A stretch of DNA of 64,000 bases from a bacterium (lineage in GTDB: Bacteria; JADJOY01): assembly GCA_046331705.1 (NCBI GenBank), contig JAXLQJ010000001.1, positions 248,001 through 312,000 on the forward strand. The letters are read 5' to 3'. The position numbers and the translations under genes were made by a program. Below, one piece after another: positions 29,520 through 44,192 of the stretch (positions within the stretch are counted from its first letter, which is position 1; the number at the start of each line of letters is the position of its first letter). Below the pieces are notes generated by a model. That model had not been told where the DNA came from and did not search any database. It saw only the letters and a list, made by a program, of their open reading frames with translations.

Positions 29520-30737
29520 ATGCGACTCGCGGTCGAGTGGATCGTCCTGCTGCTGCTGGTGGCGAGCGTGGTCTTCGCGCTCGCCGGCGCGGCGGCGGCG
29601 CACGGGCGATCCAGGCTGGGCCTCGGCCGGATCGTCGCGGCGGCCATCGCGTTCCGCGTGCTCTTCGTGTTCCTGACTCCCACGCTCTCGGACGACGTCT
29701 GGCGGTATCTCTGGGACGGCAAGGTCGCGCGCGCAGGCATCAACCCGTACGCGCATGCGCCGGATGCGAGCGCGCTGGTCGCGCTCCGGGACGAGGATTG
29801 GGGTCGCGTGAACCATCGCTCGATTCCGACGATCTACCCGCCGGTCGCGCAGGTCCTGTTCCGGATCGCGGCCCCAGGCGGGCTCGCCGCCTGGAAGGGA
29901 ATCGTGCTCGCGTTCGATGTGTTGACGATGATGGCGCTCGCGCGGGGTCTGCGCGCGGCGGGACGTCCGATCGAGCAGCTGGTCTTCTACGCCTGGAACC
30001 CGCTGATCCTCGTCGAGCTCGTCTGGAACGCCCACGTGGATGCGGCCGCCGCGGCGCTGCTCGCGTGTGCCGTCGTCGCCTGCAGCCGCGGAAAGCAGCG
30101 CGGCGCGACGGCGCTCGTCTCCTTGGCCGCGGGCGTCAAGGTGTTCCCGGTCCTGCTGCTTCCCCGCGTGGTGGGCGCGAGTCGCCTGCACCGGGCGTGG
30201 TGGATTCCGTTCGCGATCGGCGGCGTCTTCACCGCGCCCTATCTCGGTGCGGGCTGGCGCGCGTTGCTGACGGCGCTCTGCGTCTACGCGCGCAATTGGG
30301 AGTTCAACGGCTTCGTCTACGAGACGCTGCGGCACGTCGGCGCGAACCCGCGTGGCGTTCGGCTGGCGCTCGTTGGCCTGCTCCTGGCGGCGACAGGCGT
30401 TGCGACGGCACGCGTCCGCGCTCCCGCGGACGCCGCGCTCTGGATCGTGTTCACGGTCGTGGTGCTCAATCCGACCGTTCACCCCTGGTACGTGACCTGG
30501 ATCGTGCCGCTCGCCGTGCTGGCGACGGGCCCGCCGCGCGTGACCGCGTTGCTCCTGAGCCTCGTGGTGCCGCTCTCGTACGTCGTGCTGGCCGTTCGCG
30601 AGTCGACCGGTAGCTGGTTTCTGCCGGAGTCCTGGCTGCGGCTCGAGTGGTGGCCGGTGGTGGCGATGCTGACCGTCGAGCTCACGCTCTTCGCTCGCGC
30701 GCACCGCCGCTCTGCGGTGCGCGCGCCCGCCGGGTAG
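29520..30737 (+). CDS. GT87/DUF2029-like membrane glycosyltransferase
   Basis: LSDDVWRYLWDG, GINPY, TIYPP, YAWNPL, NAHVD, HPWY; start uncertain (29418 or 29520). Confidence 0.8.
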   Translation: MRLAVEWIVLLLLVASVVFALAGAAAAHGRSRLGLGRIVAAAIAFRVLFVFLTPTLSDDVWRYLWDGKVARAGINPYAHAPDASALVALRDEDWGRVNHRSIPTIYPPVAQVLFRIAAPGGLAAWKGIVLAFDVLTMMALARGLRAAGRPIEQLVFYAWNPLILVELVWNAHVDAAAAALLACAVVACSRGKQRGATALVSLAAGVKVFPVLLLPRVVGASRLHRAWWIPFAIGGVFTAPYLGAGWRALLTALCVYARNWEFNGFVYETLRHVGANPRGVRLALVGLLLAATGVATARVRAPADAALWIVFTVVVLNPTVHPWYVTWIVPLAVLATGPPRVTALLLSLVVPLSYVVLAVRESTGSWFLPESWLRLEWWPVVAMLTVELTLFARAHRRSAVRAPAG

Positions 30738-30762
30738 GCTGATTCCCGGCGGGCATCCGACG

Positions 30763-31632
30763 ATGGCTTCCTACTCTCGACGTGTGCCGGAGGACGTGTC
30801 CGGGGCGTTCTTCGTCGATTCCTCGTGCATCGACTGCGACACCTGTCGATGGCTGGCTCCAGCCACCTTCGGCGCCGCGGACGACCACGCGTTCGTCGCG
30901 AGCCAGCCGGCGTCGCCGGACGAGCGGCGCCGCGCGCTCATGGCGCTGGTCGCCTGCCCCACCGGCTCGATCGGCACCACGGATTCCATCGACGTTTCCG
31001 AGGCCATCGCGGCGTTTCCGCTGCCCATCGAAGAGAACGTGTTTCATGCGGGATTCCACGCCGAATCGAGCTACGGCGCCACGAGCTACTTCGTCCAGCG
31101 GGGCCCGGGCCGCAACCTGCTCGTCGACTCGCCGCGCTTCGCGCGTCCGCTCGTCCGCCGCCTCGAGGAGATGGGCGGCGTGTCCAGGATGTTCCTCACC
31201 CACCGCGACGACGTCGCAGATCATCGCAAGTTCCGGGATCATTTCCGCTGCGAGCGCATCCTTCATCGAGACGACGTGACCGCATCCACACGCGACGTCG
31301 AGATCGTGCTCGAAGGTGGAGATCCGGTGTCGCTCGACGAGGAGCTGCTCGCCGTTCCGGTGCCGGGACACACGCGCGGATCGACGTGCCTGCTCTACCG
31401 CGACACGTTTCTGTTCAGCGGCGACCACCTCGCGTGGAGCGAGGAGGACCACCGACTCCTGGCGTTTCGCGACGCTTGCTGGTTCGACTGGGCCCGCCAG
31501 CGCGACTCCATGGCCCGCCTCGCGCAACACCGCTTCGAGTGGGTGTTGCCGGGCCACGGTCGCCGCCACCGGCTGCCTGCCTCGGAGATGCGCGCCGCGC
31601 TCGCTCGGTGCGTGGCGTGGATGGACGAGTGA
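30763..31632 (+). CDS. Ferredoxin-like domain fused to metallo-beta-lactamase-fold hydrolase
   Basis: CIDCDTC...ACPTGSIG; LTHRDDVADH; PGHTRGS; SGDH; PGHG. Confidence 0.85.
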   Translation: MASYSRRVPEDVSGAFFVDSSCIDCDTCRWLAPATFGAADDHAFVASQPASPDERRRALMALVACPTGSIGTTDSIDVSEAIAAFPLPIEENVFHAGFHAESSYGATSYFVQRGPGRNLLVDSPRFARPLVRRLEEMGGVSRMFLTHRDDVADHRKFRDHFRCERILHRDDVTASTRDVEIVLEGGDPVSLDEELLAVPVPGHTRGSTCLLYRDTFLFSGDHLAWSEEDHRLLAFRDACWFDWARQRDSMARLAQHRFEWVLPGHGRRHRLPASEMRAALARCVAWMDE

Positions 31633-31647
31633 TCGGTCGCGTGGACC

Positions 31648-32724
31648 TCAGCCCGGGCTCGTCGTGACGGTCGGTTCCGCGCGCGCCGGCCGCTTGAGCG
31701 CCGTCGCGATGTCACCGAGCCGTACGGGGCTGACGAGCATGTAACCCACGCCCCAACCCGTCGTGACCAGAAACTGCACACCGTGGATCACGAACGCGGC
31801 AGCGGTCTTGGACTCGTCGGTCAGCGCGAGGTCCGAGAAGAGGCTCAGCGCGGTGGTGACGCCGACGTGGTAGACACCCAGATAGCCGGGGCTCGACGGG
31901 ATGGAGATCATGAATCCCACCGTCAGGATGACGACGAGCCCGGCGTACCACGGCAGATGGAACCCGAACGCCGCGAGGATGAGCGCGTTGTAGGCGAAGA
32001 GGAATAGCCAGGCGACGTGCGTGATGAGCGCCGCCTTCGCGAGCTCCCAGCCGCTGCGCAACGACTCGAGGCCAGGCAAGAAGGCGCGCACCAAGCTCAA
32101 GACGACGCCGGCGAGCCGCGCCGGAAACGGTCTGAGCAACGCCTGCAAGAGACGCAACGCCTGCTCTTCGCGGAACTTGAGCGCGAGCAGGAAAGCGAGT
32201 GCCGCGAGGTAGATGGGGATCGCGAACAGCGCCCCCTGGCGCACCACCGCTGGCAACGGGAAGACCACCAGCACCGTGACGAACATGGTGCCCAGCGCGA
32301 CCATGTCGAGCAGGCGCACGAGCACCACCGTGGTGATGGCGGAGGCGAGCGGCACGGGCTCGGTGAGCGTCAGCATGAGCGCTCGAACGAACTCACCGAA
32401 TCGGAGAGGAAGCACGTTGTTGGCCGCGAAGCCCACCACGGTCGCCCGCAGCAGGCTGCGCACGCCCACCGGCGCGATCGGGTTGACCACGATCCGCCAC
32501 CGGAACGCGCGGGCGACGAAATGCGCGGCGAAGCACGCGGTGGCGATCAGCAGCAGGGTGGGATCGATGGTGCGCATCGACGCCATCATCTTCCGCAGGT
32601 CGACGGAGCGGAGGGTGAAGTAGAGGAAGACGCCCGACACCGCGAGCCCGATCACGAGGTTGCGGATCGCGCTGGCCGTGGTGGCGGCGCGCTTCTCGGA
32701 TGGGACTCCTTCTGGGTTGCTCAC
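31648..32724 (-). CDS. Lysylphosphatidylglycerol synthase TM / flippase-like membrane protein (UPF0104)
   Basis: RAFRW, GFAANNVLPLRFGEFVR, PSSPGYLGVYH. Confidence 0.85.
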   Translation of the reverse strand: MSNPEGVPSEKRAATTASAIRNLVIGLAVSGVFLYFTLRSVDLRKMMASMRTIDPTLLLIATACFAAHFVARAFRWRIVVNPIAPVGVRSLLRATVVGFAANNVLPLRFGEFVRALMLTLTEPVPLASAITTVVLVRLLDMVALGTMFVTVLVVFPLPAVVRQGALFAIPIYLAALAFLLALKFREEQALRLLQALLRPFPARLAGVVLSLVRAFLPGLESLRSGWELAKAALITHVAWLFLFAYNALILAAFGFHLPWYAGLVVILTVGFMISIPSSPGYLGVYHVGVTTALSLFSDLALTDESKTAAAFVIHGVQFLVTTGWGVGYMLVSPVRLGDIATALKRPARAEPTVTTSPG

Positions 32725-32843
32725 GCCTGCTCTCCCGCGCTGAATCGCGGCACCTTAGCGAGCGGCCGATAGTGCCGCAAGAAGCCCTTTCCAGGTGTTC
32801 CGCGGCTGCGCGGACCGGGCTGCCGAGCCCGCCGGATGTTGCC

Positions 32844-32872
32844 TTGACTCACCCTGGGGGGCGGGGTACAAA
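32844..32872 (+). promoter_or_regulatory. Putative sigma70 promoter for bactofilin-engB-HIT
   Basis: TTGACT-17 nt-TACAAA. Confidence 0.5.
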
Positions 32873-33052
32873 GGCCGCACTTTCCCGACAACCGGTGGCG
32901 TACGTTCTGGGGCGCGGATCGGACAAATTCCTGGCGCTGCGGTGCGAACGATTCGTTCCTGACCGCGCCGGTGGCGAGTCGACGAAGCACCGCGACGCCC
33001 GAGCGAATCCACATCGGTAGCTGACTAGACGACCACGAGGAGGCGACGAACC

Positions 33053-33448
33053 ATGGCGGCAGCTGCAACGGCACCAGTGCTTCGCGTGACACCAGCGACC
33101 GGACGGGAGCCTGGTGGGTTGGTGACTCGCGGCTGCGAAGTCCGTGGTCGCATCGAGTACCCCGCATCGATTCGCATCCAGGGCTTGGTGGAGGGGGAGA
33201 TCGTGGCGCGCGAGGAGGTGGTCATCGACGCCTCGGGTGTGGCGCGCGCGCGGATCCAGGCAGATCGGATTCGGGTCGCGGGGCTCGTCGAGGGTGACCT
33301 CCAGGCGACCAGCCGAGTCGAGATCGCCGCGACCGGCGAGGTGGCCGGGGACATCGTGGCGCCGGCGATCGTCATCGAAGAGGGCGGCGTGCTCGAGGGC
33401 CGGGTTCGCATGGGACATCGGCGCGGCACGGATCGTCCGGTCGCCTGA
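33053..33448 (+). CDS. Bactofilin (polymer-forming cytoskeletal protein)
   Basis: GAGGAGG RBS; beta-helix repeats IRIQGLVEGEI, VAGLVEGDL, IVIEEGGVLEG. Confidence 0.9.
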   Translation: MAAAATAPVLRVTPATGREPGGLVTRGCEVRGRIEYPASIRIQGLVEGEIVAREEVVIDASGVARARIQADRIRVAGLVEGDLQATSRVEIAATGEVAGDIVAPAIVIEEGGVLEGRVRMGHRRGTDRPVA

Positions 33449-33507
33449 ACCGTCCGGACCGATCCGTCTTGCTCCGAGCGGACGGATCGATCCGGCCGCT
33501 CGATCTC

Positions 33508-34104
33508 ATGGACGTCGAGTTCGTCGGGGTCGCCGAATCCGTTGCTTCCTGCCCCCACCTCGGGTTGCCCGAGGTTGCCCTCGCGGGACGATCGAACGTC
33601 GGAAAATCCAGTCTTATCAATGCGTTAGTCGGCCGGAAGGCGCTGGTTCGAACCAGCAAGGATCCGGGGCGGACGCGGATGCTCGGCTTCATCCGGGTCG
33701 CGCGGCGCGTGGTGCTGGTCGACTTGCCTGGCTACGGCTACGCGAAGGTCGCCCGGAGCGAGCGTGCGCGCTGGGCGCCGATGGTCGAGGGTTACCTCGC
33801 CGACCGGCGCGAGCTGAGCCTCGTGCTGCTGCTCATCGACTGCCGCCGGGACCCAGACGCATCGGAAGCCGAGTTCGTCAGCTGGCTGACCGAGCGTAGG
33901 CGGCCAATCGGGATCGTCGCCACCAAGATCGACAAGCTCCCTCGGGGTCAGCGGTCGGTCCGGCTTCGCGCGATCGCCCGAGCGTTGGGCCAGCGCCCCG
34001 AGGACGTGTTGAGCTTCAGCTCCGTGACGGGTGAAGGCAAGAAAGAGCTGTGGTCTCGGATAGATATGAATCGCGTCTTGAGTCCAGACGCATCCGCGAC
34101 GTGA
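33508..34104 (+). CDS. engB: Ribosome biogenesis GTPase EngB/YihA
   Basis: PEVALAGRSNVGKSS, PGRT, DLPGYG, TKID. Confidence 0.95.
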   Translation: MDVEFVGVAESVASCPHLGLPEVALAGRSNVGKSSLINALVGRKALVRTSKDPGRTRMLGFIRVARRVVLVDLPGYGYAKVARSERARWAPMVEGYLADRRELSLVLLLIDCRRDPDASEAEFVSWLTERRRPIGIVATKIDKLPRGQRSVRLRAIARALGQRPEDVLSFSSVTGEGKKELWSRIDMNRVLSPDASAT

Positions 34105-34150
34105 GCCAGCGAGCGGGCGTTCGGACGCTTCGACCACGAGGGGGTGCCCG

Positions 34151-34495
34151 ATGAGCGACTGCATCTTCTGCCAGATCGCCGCGCGCAAGGTGCCCGCGCG
34201 AATCGTTCACGAGGATGCCGACCTCGTGGCGTTCGAGGACCTGAACCCGCAGGCTCCGCTGCACGTTCTCATCATCCCGCGGATCCATCGTGCGACCTCT
34301 CTCGACCTCGTTCCAGCGGACGATCCGATCGTCGGTGGCCTTTTCCGCGTCGCCGCCTCGATCGCCGCTGCTCGGGGCGTCGCAGCCGACGGGTTCCGGC
34401 TAGTCGTGAACACGAACGCCCTCGCGGGACAGTCCGTCTACCATCTTCACGTGCACCTACTGGGCGGACGCGCGTTCCGATGGCCGCCTGGCTAG
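34151..34495 (+). CDS. hinT: Histidine triad nucleotide-binding protein
   Basis: DCIFCQI, PQAPLHVLIIP, GQSVYHLHVHLLGG. Confidence 0.93.
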   Translation: MSDCIFCQIAARKVPARIVHEDADLVAFEDLNPQAPLHVLIIPRIHRATSLDLVPADDPIVGGLFRVAASIAAARGVAADGFRLVVNTNALAGQSVYHLHVHLLGGRAFRWPPG

Positions 34496-34568
34496 CTCGT
34501 CTGCCCTCGGGATCGCCCGCTATCCGCCTAATATCACTACGCTTTCCATGACTGCTGCCCCGATCACG

Positions 34569-34618
34569 AAAAAAAAGTAGCGACAGCGCTTGACGCTCCG
34601 CACCACTGTCGCCATACT
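34569..34618 (+). promoter_or_regulatory. rRNA operon promoter with UP-like A tract
   Basis: A8 tract, TTGACG(34590)-17 nt-CATACT(34613). Confidence 0.75.
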
Positions 34619-34634
34619 TGCTTTTTACCTTCTC

Positions 34635-34659
34635 GGTCTTTGAAAACTAGATAGTACGC
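34635..34659 (+). promoter_or_regulatory. rrn leader boxA-like element and 16S processing stem arm
   Basis: GGTCTTTGAAAACTAGATAGTACGC is complementary to ITS 36448-36472; second boxA-like GGTCTTTGACAA at 36949-36960. Confidence 0.7.
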
Positions 34660-34774
34660 TCTTGCTTGTCGGCGTGCGGCGGTTGGGACTGCCCATCCTT
34701 CGGGGTGGCCGCGTGTCCAATCACGTACATCGTTGCGCGTGACCGCCTCCGGGTGGTTGCGCGTGCTCGTCTTT

Positions 34775-36339
<1,565 letters not shown>

Positions 36340-36601
36340 TCTCGCTGCTCATCGAGCCCATGTGGCCGTGAGCTGCGACACTTCGTTTGGTCAGCCGCTG
36401 TGGAACATCAGTGACCGCAGCGAACGGCCGTCGATGCCGGCAAGCGTGCGTACTATCTAGTCTTGAGAGACCGATTCATCTGCGGTCCTCGGTCAGCCAT
36501 GAACGAGGACTGCGTTAGCGCAGTATTGCGGTTGCATGCTTCATCCGGTCGGGCCGGGGTACGATCGTCGTTGAGACCGAGCCCTCGTGAACGCGAGATT
36601 C

Positions 36602-36675
36602 GGGCCTATAGCTCAGTTGGTCAGAGCGCACGCCTGATAAGCGTGAGGTCGGTAGTTCAAATCTACCTAGGCCCA
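36602..36675 (+). tRNA. tRNA-Ile(GAT)
   Basis: GGGCCTA/TAGGCCC acceptor stem, CTGATAA anticodon loop, GTTCAAAT T loop. Confidence 0.97.
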
Positions 36676-36818
36676 CCCGAACGCGTGACGACCCGCGGGT
36701 TACCCAATCCGCATCCCGGGTCGCACCTTGCGTGATCGCGCTGTGTCAGCAAGCGCGAAGCCGACTTCTTGATGAGTATCACTCGAAAGTCGTGCAAACC
36801 GTCTGGTCGCGAGCTCGC

Positions 36819-36894
<76 letters not shown>

Positions 36895-37011
36895 AAGTGT
36901 CTTTTCGACGAGCGTCTTCGCGCTCGTCTGTAGTTGCATCTGCGCATCGGTCTTTGACAATTGGGCAAGGGTCATGAAAGCGTTGAGGTACCGAGCGATC
37001 TTAGGATTGGC

Positions 37012-40035
<3,024 letters not shown>

Positions 40036-40140
40036 GCCTTACTACCAAACTTGAGATCGATCGGTTCTCAGTGTTCTTCATGGCCCTTGCCCAGTTGTCG
40101 GGACGCGATGCGAGTCGCCTTCTCTGAATCGAACGAAGTA

Positions 40141-40257
40141 TCCGGTGGCCATAGCGAGGGGGTCACACCCGTTCCCATTCCGAACACGGCCGTTAAGCCC
40201 CTCCACGCCGATGGTACTGCCAGGGAGACCTGGTGGGAGAGTAGGTCGCTGCCGGGT
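40141..40257 (+). rRNA. rrf: 5S rRNA
   Basis: CCGGTGGC...CCCATTCCGAACAC...GATGGTACT...GAGAGTAGGTCGCTGCCGG. Confidence 0.98.
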
Positions 40258-40265
40258 TTGATCTC

Positions 40266-40306
40266 GAGCCTCCCCGACGTCATCGTCGGGGAGGCTCTTC
40301 TTTTTT
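40266..40306 (+). terminator. rRNA operon intrinsic terminator
   Basis: 14-bp perfect stem GAGCCTCCCCGACG-TCAT-CGTCGGGGAGGCTC followed by TTCTTTTTT. Confidence 0.92.
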
Positions 40307-40322
40307 GCGCTGGACGAATCGC

Positions 40323-41246
40323 GTGAGTCACCGCGTTCTCATCGTCGACGACGATCGCCTGCTCCGCGAGAACGTGGCGCGGATCCTCAAGCCACTCGAC
40401 CTCGAGGTGATGCAGGCCGAGGACGGCCTCGCGGCGATGGAGCGCATCCGCGGCGATCGACCGGATCTCGTGATCACCGATCTCGAGATGCCTCGAATCG
40501 GCGGGCTCCAGCTGGTGCAGTGGTTGCGACGGACCACCGAGCTGTCGAGCACGCTCGTGATGATCTTGACGTCACGAGCATCGCTCGGTGACAAGCTTCG
40601 TGGGCTCGAGGGAGCAGACGACTACATCACCAAGCCGTTCGAGCCGCTCGAGCTGCGTGCTCGGGTCAAGGTCATGATCCGACTGAAGGACGCGCTCGAC
40701 ACGGCGCTCGAGCGGCAACGGCGGCTCGAAGAGATCACGATCACCGACGAGCTCACCGGGATCTACAATCGACGCTTCCTCAACGCGCGCACGGAAGAGG
40801 AGTTCGCGAAGGCGGCACGGCACGAGACCCCCCTCACCTGCCTGCTTCTCGACCTCGACCACTTCAAGCTGGTGAACGACAACTACGGCCACGCGTGGGG
40901 CGATTTCGTGCTACGGGAGTTCGCGCAGATCGTTCGTGCGCGACTACGCCAGGGCGATCTGTTCGCACGCTATGGCGGTGAAGAGTTCGTGCTGCTTCTT
41001 CCGCTCACCAATGCCGAAGAGGGCGGCCAGCTCGCGGACGAACTTCGCGCTCGCATCGCCAGCCACCGGTTCGTCCATGGCGGCCTCTCGCTTGGCTTGA
41101 CCGTGAGCATCGGTCTGGCGTCCATGCCGAGCCGAGACATCCGCTCGGCCGCCGATATCCTCGCCGCGGCTGACGCCGCGCTCTATCGAGCCAAGGAAGC
41201 GGGCCGCAACCGCATTGCTGGTCCGACCAACGAGGTGCCCACGTGA
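40323..41246 (+). CDS. Response-regulator diguanylate cyclase (REC-GGDEF)
   Basis: [30 protein letters not shown]-site RQGD, GGEEF. Confidence 0.95.
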   Translation: MSHRVLIVDDDRLLRENVARILKPLDLEVMQAEDGLAAMERIRGDRPDLVITDLEMPRIGGLQLVQWLRRTTELSSTLVMILTSRASLGDKLRGLEGADDYITKPFEPLELRARVKVMIRLKDALDTALERQRRLEEITITDELTGIYNRRFLNARTEEEFAKAARHETPLTCLLLDLDHFKLVNDNYGHAWGDFVLREFAQIVRARLRQGDLFARYGGEEFVLLLPLTNAEEGGQLADELRARIASHRFVHGGLSLGLTVSIGLASMPSRDIRSAADILAAADAALYRAKEAGRNRIAGPTNEVPT

Positions 41247-41614
41247 ATTCTCTCTTCGAGCCCGTACCCAATCCCCGTCCGGAGCGGGACTATCTGATTC
41301 AGATCCGCGCTCCGGAGTTCACCTGTCTGTGCCCGCGAACAGGTCAGCCGGACTTTGCAACCATCGAGATCGACTACGTCCCCGAGGTGCTCATCGTCGA
41401 GCTCAAGAGTCTGAAGCTCTACCTGCAGTCGTTTCGGAACCAGGGGACGTTCCACGAGGCCGTGACGAACCGGATCCTCGACGACCTCGTGGACTGCCTG
41501 TCTCCACGTCGAATGGAGGTTCGAGGGATCTTCGGAGTTCGGGGCGGCATCTCGACCACGGTCGTTGCGTCGTACCACCGACCCGCGACGGCTGCCGAGA
41601 CGCGACCGGCCTGA
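41243..41614 (+). CDS. queF: preQ0 nitrile reductase QueF (short type)
   Basis: [28 protein letters not shown]. Confidence 0.95.
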   Translation: MNSLFEPVPNPRPERDYLIQIRAPEFTCLCPRTGQPDFATIEIDYVPEVLIVELKSLKLYLQSFRNQGTFHEAVTNRILDDLVDCLSPRRMEVRGIFGVRGGISTTVVASYHRPATAAETRPA

Positions 41615-41683
41615 ACGCGATCCAGGCACGATTCGGCGAGCGCGCGGGCCGAACCCACGCGCACCGAGCCGTTTCTCTCGGTC

Positions 41684-42745
41684 TCAGCCCAGGGCCTGGA
41701 CCACGAGATTCCCGACCTCCGCGGTCGAATGGCCCATCTTGCCGGCGTCGAGGCTCGCGAGCTTCTGACCGGTGACGTGCATCACGGCATTCTCGATCGC
41801 CGCCGCAGCGTCGCGCTCCCCGAGGTGGTCGAGCATCATTCCGGCGGCACAGATCGCCGCGAGCGGGTTGATCACACCCTTCCCCGTGTACTTGGGCGCG
41901 CTTCCGCCGATCGGCTCGAACATGCTCACGCCCTGTGGATTGATGTTGCCGCCGGCGGCGATCCCCATCCCACCCTGAATCATCGCGCCCAGATCCGTGA
42001 TGATGTCGCCGAACATGTTGTCCGTGACGATCACGTCGAACCACTCTGGGTTCTTGACCATCCACATGGTGGTCGCGTCGACGTGCGCGTACTCCCGCTT
42101 CACGTCGCGATAGTCCGCGTCGCCGATCTCGTTGAACGCTCGCCACCACAGGTCGAAAGCGAACGTGAGCACGTTGGTCTTCCCGCACAGGGTGAGCGTC
42201 TTGCGCGGCCGTCGCCTGGCCAACTCGAATGCATAGCGCAGACACCGCTCCACCCCATGTCGCGTGGCGCAGAGGATCTGGGTCGCCACCTCGTTCGGCG
42301 TGCCCTTGTATTGAAATCCGCCCATTCCGCCGTAGAGCCCTTCCGTGTTCTCGCGCACGACGACGAAGTCGATGTGCTCGGGTCCCTTGTCGCGCAGTGG
42401 TGTCTTCACGCCGGGGTAGAGCTTCACTGGCCGCAAGTTGACGTACTGATCGAGCGCAAAGCGCGCCTTGAGCAGGATCCCCTTCTCCAGAATCCCCGGC
42501 GCCACGTCCGGATGCCCGATCGCCCCGAGCAGGATCGCACGATAGCCGCGTAGCTCGTCGAGCACCGCATCCGGTAGCGTCTCGCCCGTTCGCTTGTAAC
42601 GCTCACCACCGAGGTCGTACTCGGTCGTCGACAGCGAAAACCCGAACTTCGCGCCCGCGGCGCGCGCCACCTTGAGGGCCTCGACGACCACTTCGGGTCC
42701 CGTGCCGTCTCCGGGGATGACTGCAATCTCGTACGACCGTGACAT
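41684..42745 (-). CDS. leuB: 3-isopropylmalate dehydrogenase
   Basis: [39 protein letters not shown]. Confidence 0.88.
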   Translation of the reverse strand: MSRSYEIAVIPGDGTGPEVVVEALKVARAAGAKFGFSLSTTEYDLGGERYKRTGETLPDAVLDELRGYRAILLGAIGHPDVAPGILEKGILLKARFALDQYVNLRPVKLYPGVKTPLRDKGPEHIDFVVVRENTEGLYGGMGGFQYKGTPNEVATQILCATRHGVERCLRYAFELARRRPRKTLTLCGKTNVLTFAFDLWWRAFNEIGDADYRDVKREYAHVDATTMWMVKNPEWFDVIVTDNMFGDIITDLGAMIQGGMGIAAGGNINPQGVSMFEPIGGSAPKYTGKGVINPLAAICAAGMMLDHLGERDAAAAIENAVMHVTGQKLASLDAGKMGHSTAEVGNLVVQALG

Positions 42746-42790
42746 CGTGACCTCCTGGGTTCCGACCACCCGCCGTTCGGGTGCGCCGCA

Positions 42791-44020
42791 TCAGACGAAT
42801 ATCACCTTCAGATGACGCCGCTTGCCGACCTGGAACAAGCGCGCACCTCGGCACTCGATCGCGAGCTCGGAGCTGGCGACCCGCTCGCCATCCAAGCGCA
42901 CGCCACCCCCGTCGACGAGCCGGCGAGCCTCGCTCGTCGACGCCGCCAACCCCACGTCCTTGAGGAGCTTGCAGATCCAGAGTGGCTCGGCGCTCGCGGG
43001 CAGCTCGCGCTCCTCGATGCTGCTGGGGAGCTCGCGGTGACTGAACTGCTTGATCCACTCGGCTTCCGCGGCCTCCGCCGCGGAGGCGCCGTGGAAGCGC
43101 CTCACGATCTCGCAACCGAGCCGCCGCTTGGCGTGCATCGGGTTGAGACTGCCCGCGTTCATCTCGGCGCGCAGGGTCGCAAGCTCTTCTGCCCGCAGGT
43201 CGCTCAAGAGCTCGTAGTACCGCAGCATCAGCTCGTCACTGATGGACATGAGCTTGCCGAAGGTCTCGAGCGGCGGCTCGTCGATGCCGACGTAGTTTCC
43301 GAGCGACTTGCTCATCTTCTGCACGCCGTCGAGCCCCTCGAGGAGCGGCATCATCAGGGCGACTTGAGGCTCGACGCCGTAGTCGCGCTGGATCTCTCGG
43401 GCCAAGAGCAGGTTGAACTTCTGATCCGTGCCGCCGAGCTCGATGTCCGCCTTCAGCGCCACCGAATCGTAGGCCTGCAGGAGCGGATACAGAAACTCGT
43501 GGACGCTGATCGGATGCCCATCGCGATACCGCTTCGCGAAGTCGTCGCGTTCGAGCATCCGCGCCACCGTCTGTTTCGCCATCAGGCGCACGAGGTCCAT
43601 CGGCGTGAGCTGGCGCGTCCAGGCGCTGTTGAACGCGATTCGGGTGCGTTCCGGATCGAGGACTTTGAAGATCTGTCGCTCGTAGGTCTTCGCGTTGGAG
43701 GCGACCTGCTCGGACGTGAGCTGGGGACGGGTTTCGTTCTTTCCGCTCGGGTCGCCGATCATGCCGGTGAAATCACCGATCAAGAACACCACCTGGTGGC
43801 CGAGCTCCTGAAACTGCTTGAGCTTGTGGATCACGACAGTGTGACCCAGGTGCAGATCCGGCGCGGTCGGGTCGAAGCCCGCCTTCACCACGAGCGGCGC
43901 TCCGGTCCGCGCGCTCTTCTCGAGCTTCGCGCGGAGCGCGCCCTCGGGCAGGATCTCGACCGCACCTCTCTCGAGGAGGCGCAGGGCCGAATCGATGTCG
44001 ACGGGTGCCGAACGAGTCAC
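42791..44020 (-). CDS. tyrS: Tyrosine--tRNA ligase
   Basis: [32 protein letters not shown]-terminal S4 domain. Confidence 0.97.
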   Translation of the reverse strand: MTRSAPVDIDSALRLLERGAVEILPEGALRAKLEKSARTGAPLVVKAGFDPTAPDLHLGHTVVIHKLKQFQELGHQVVFLIGDFTGMIGDPSGKNETRPQLTSEQVASNAKTYERQIFKVLDPERTRIAFNSAWTRQLTPMDLVRLMAKQTVARMLERDDFAKRYRDGHPISVHEFLYPLLQAYDSVALKADIELGGTDQKFNLLLAREIQRDYGVEPQVALMMPLLEGLDGVQKMSKSLGNYVGIDEPPLETFGKLMSISDELMLRYYELLSDLRAEELATLRAEMNAGSLNPMHAKRRLGCEIVRRFHGASAAEAAEAEWIKQFSHRELPSSIEERELPASAEPLWICKLLKDVGLAASTSEARRLVDGGGVRLDGERVASSELAIECRGARLFQVGKRRHLKVIFV

Positions 44021-44045
44021 GGGTGGCTCACGGATGCAGTCGTTG

Positions 44046-44075
44046 CGCAGAGCGACGCAGAGCTACGCAGGGCGA
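44046..44075. repeat. 10-bp tandem direct repeat, three copies
   Basis: CGCAGAGCGA-CGCAGAGCTA-CGCAGGGCGA. Confidence 0.6.
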
Positions 44076-44192
44076 GCTCGGCGACCGAGGCGGAAAGGCT
44101 AGTGCGTCCGCGAGACTGCGTGAAGAGCCGGAACCGAGGTCGCGCCAGCGGCATGGCCACGGCCTCACAGGCCGCGACGCGACCTCGTCGCC

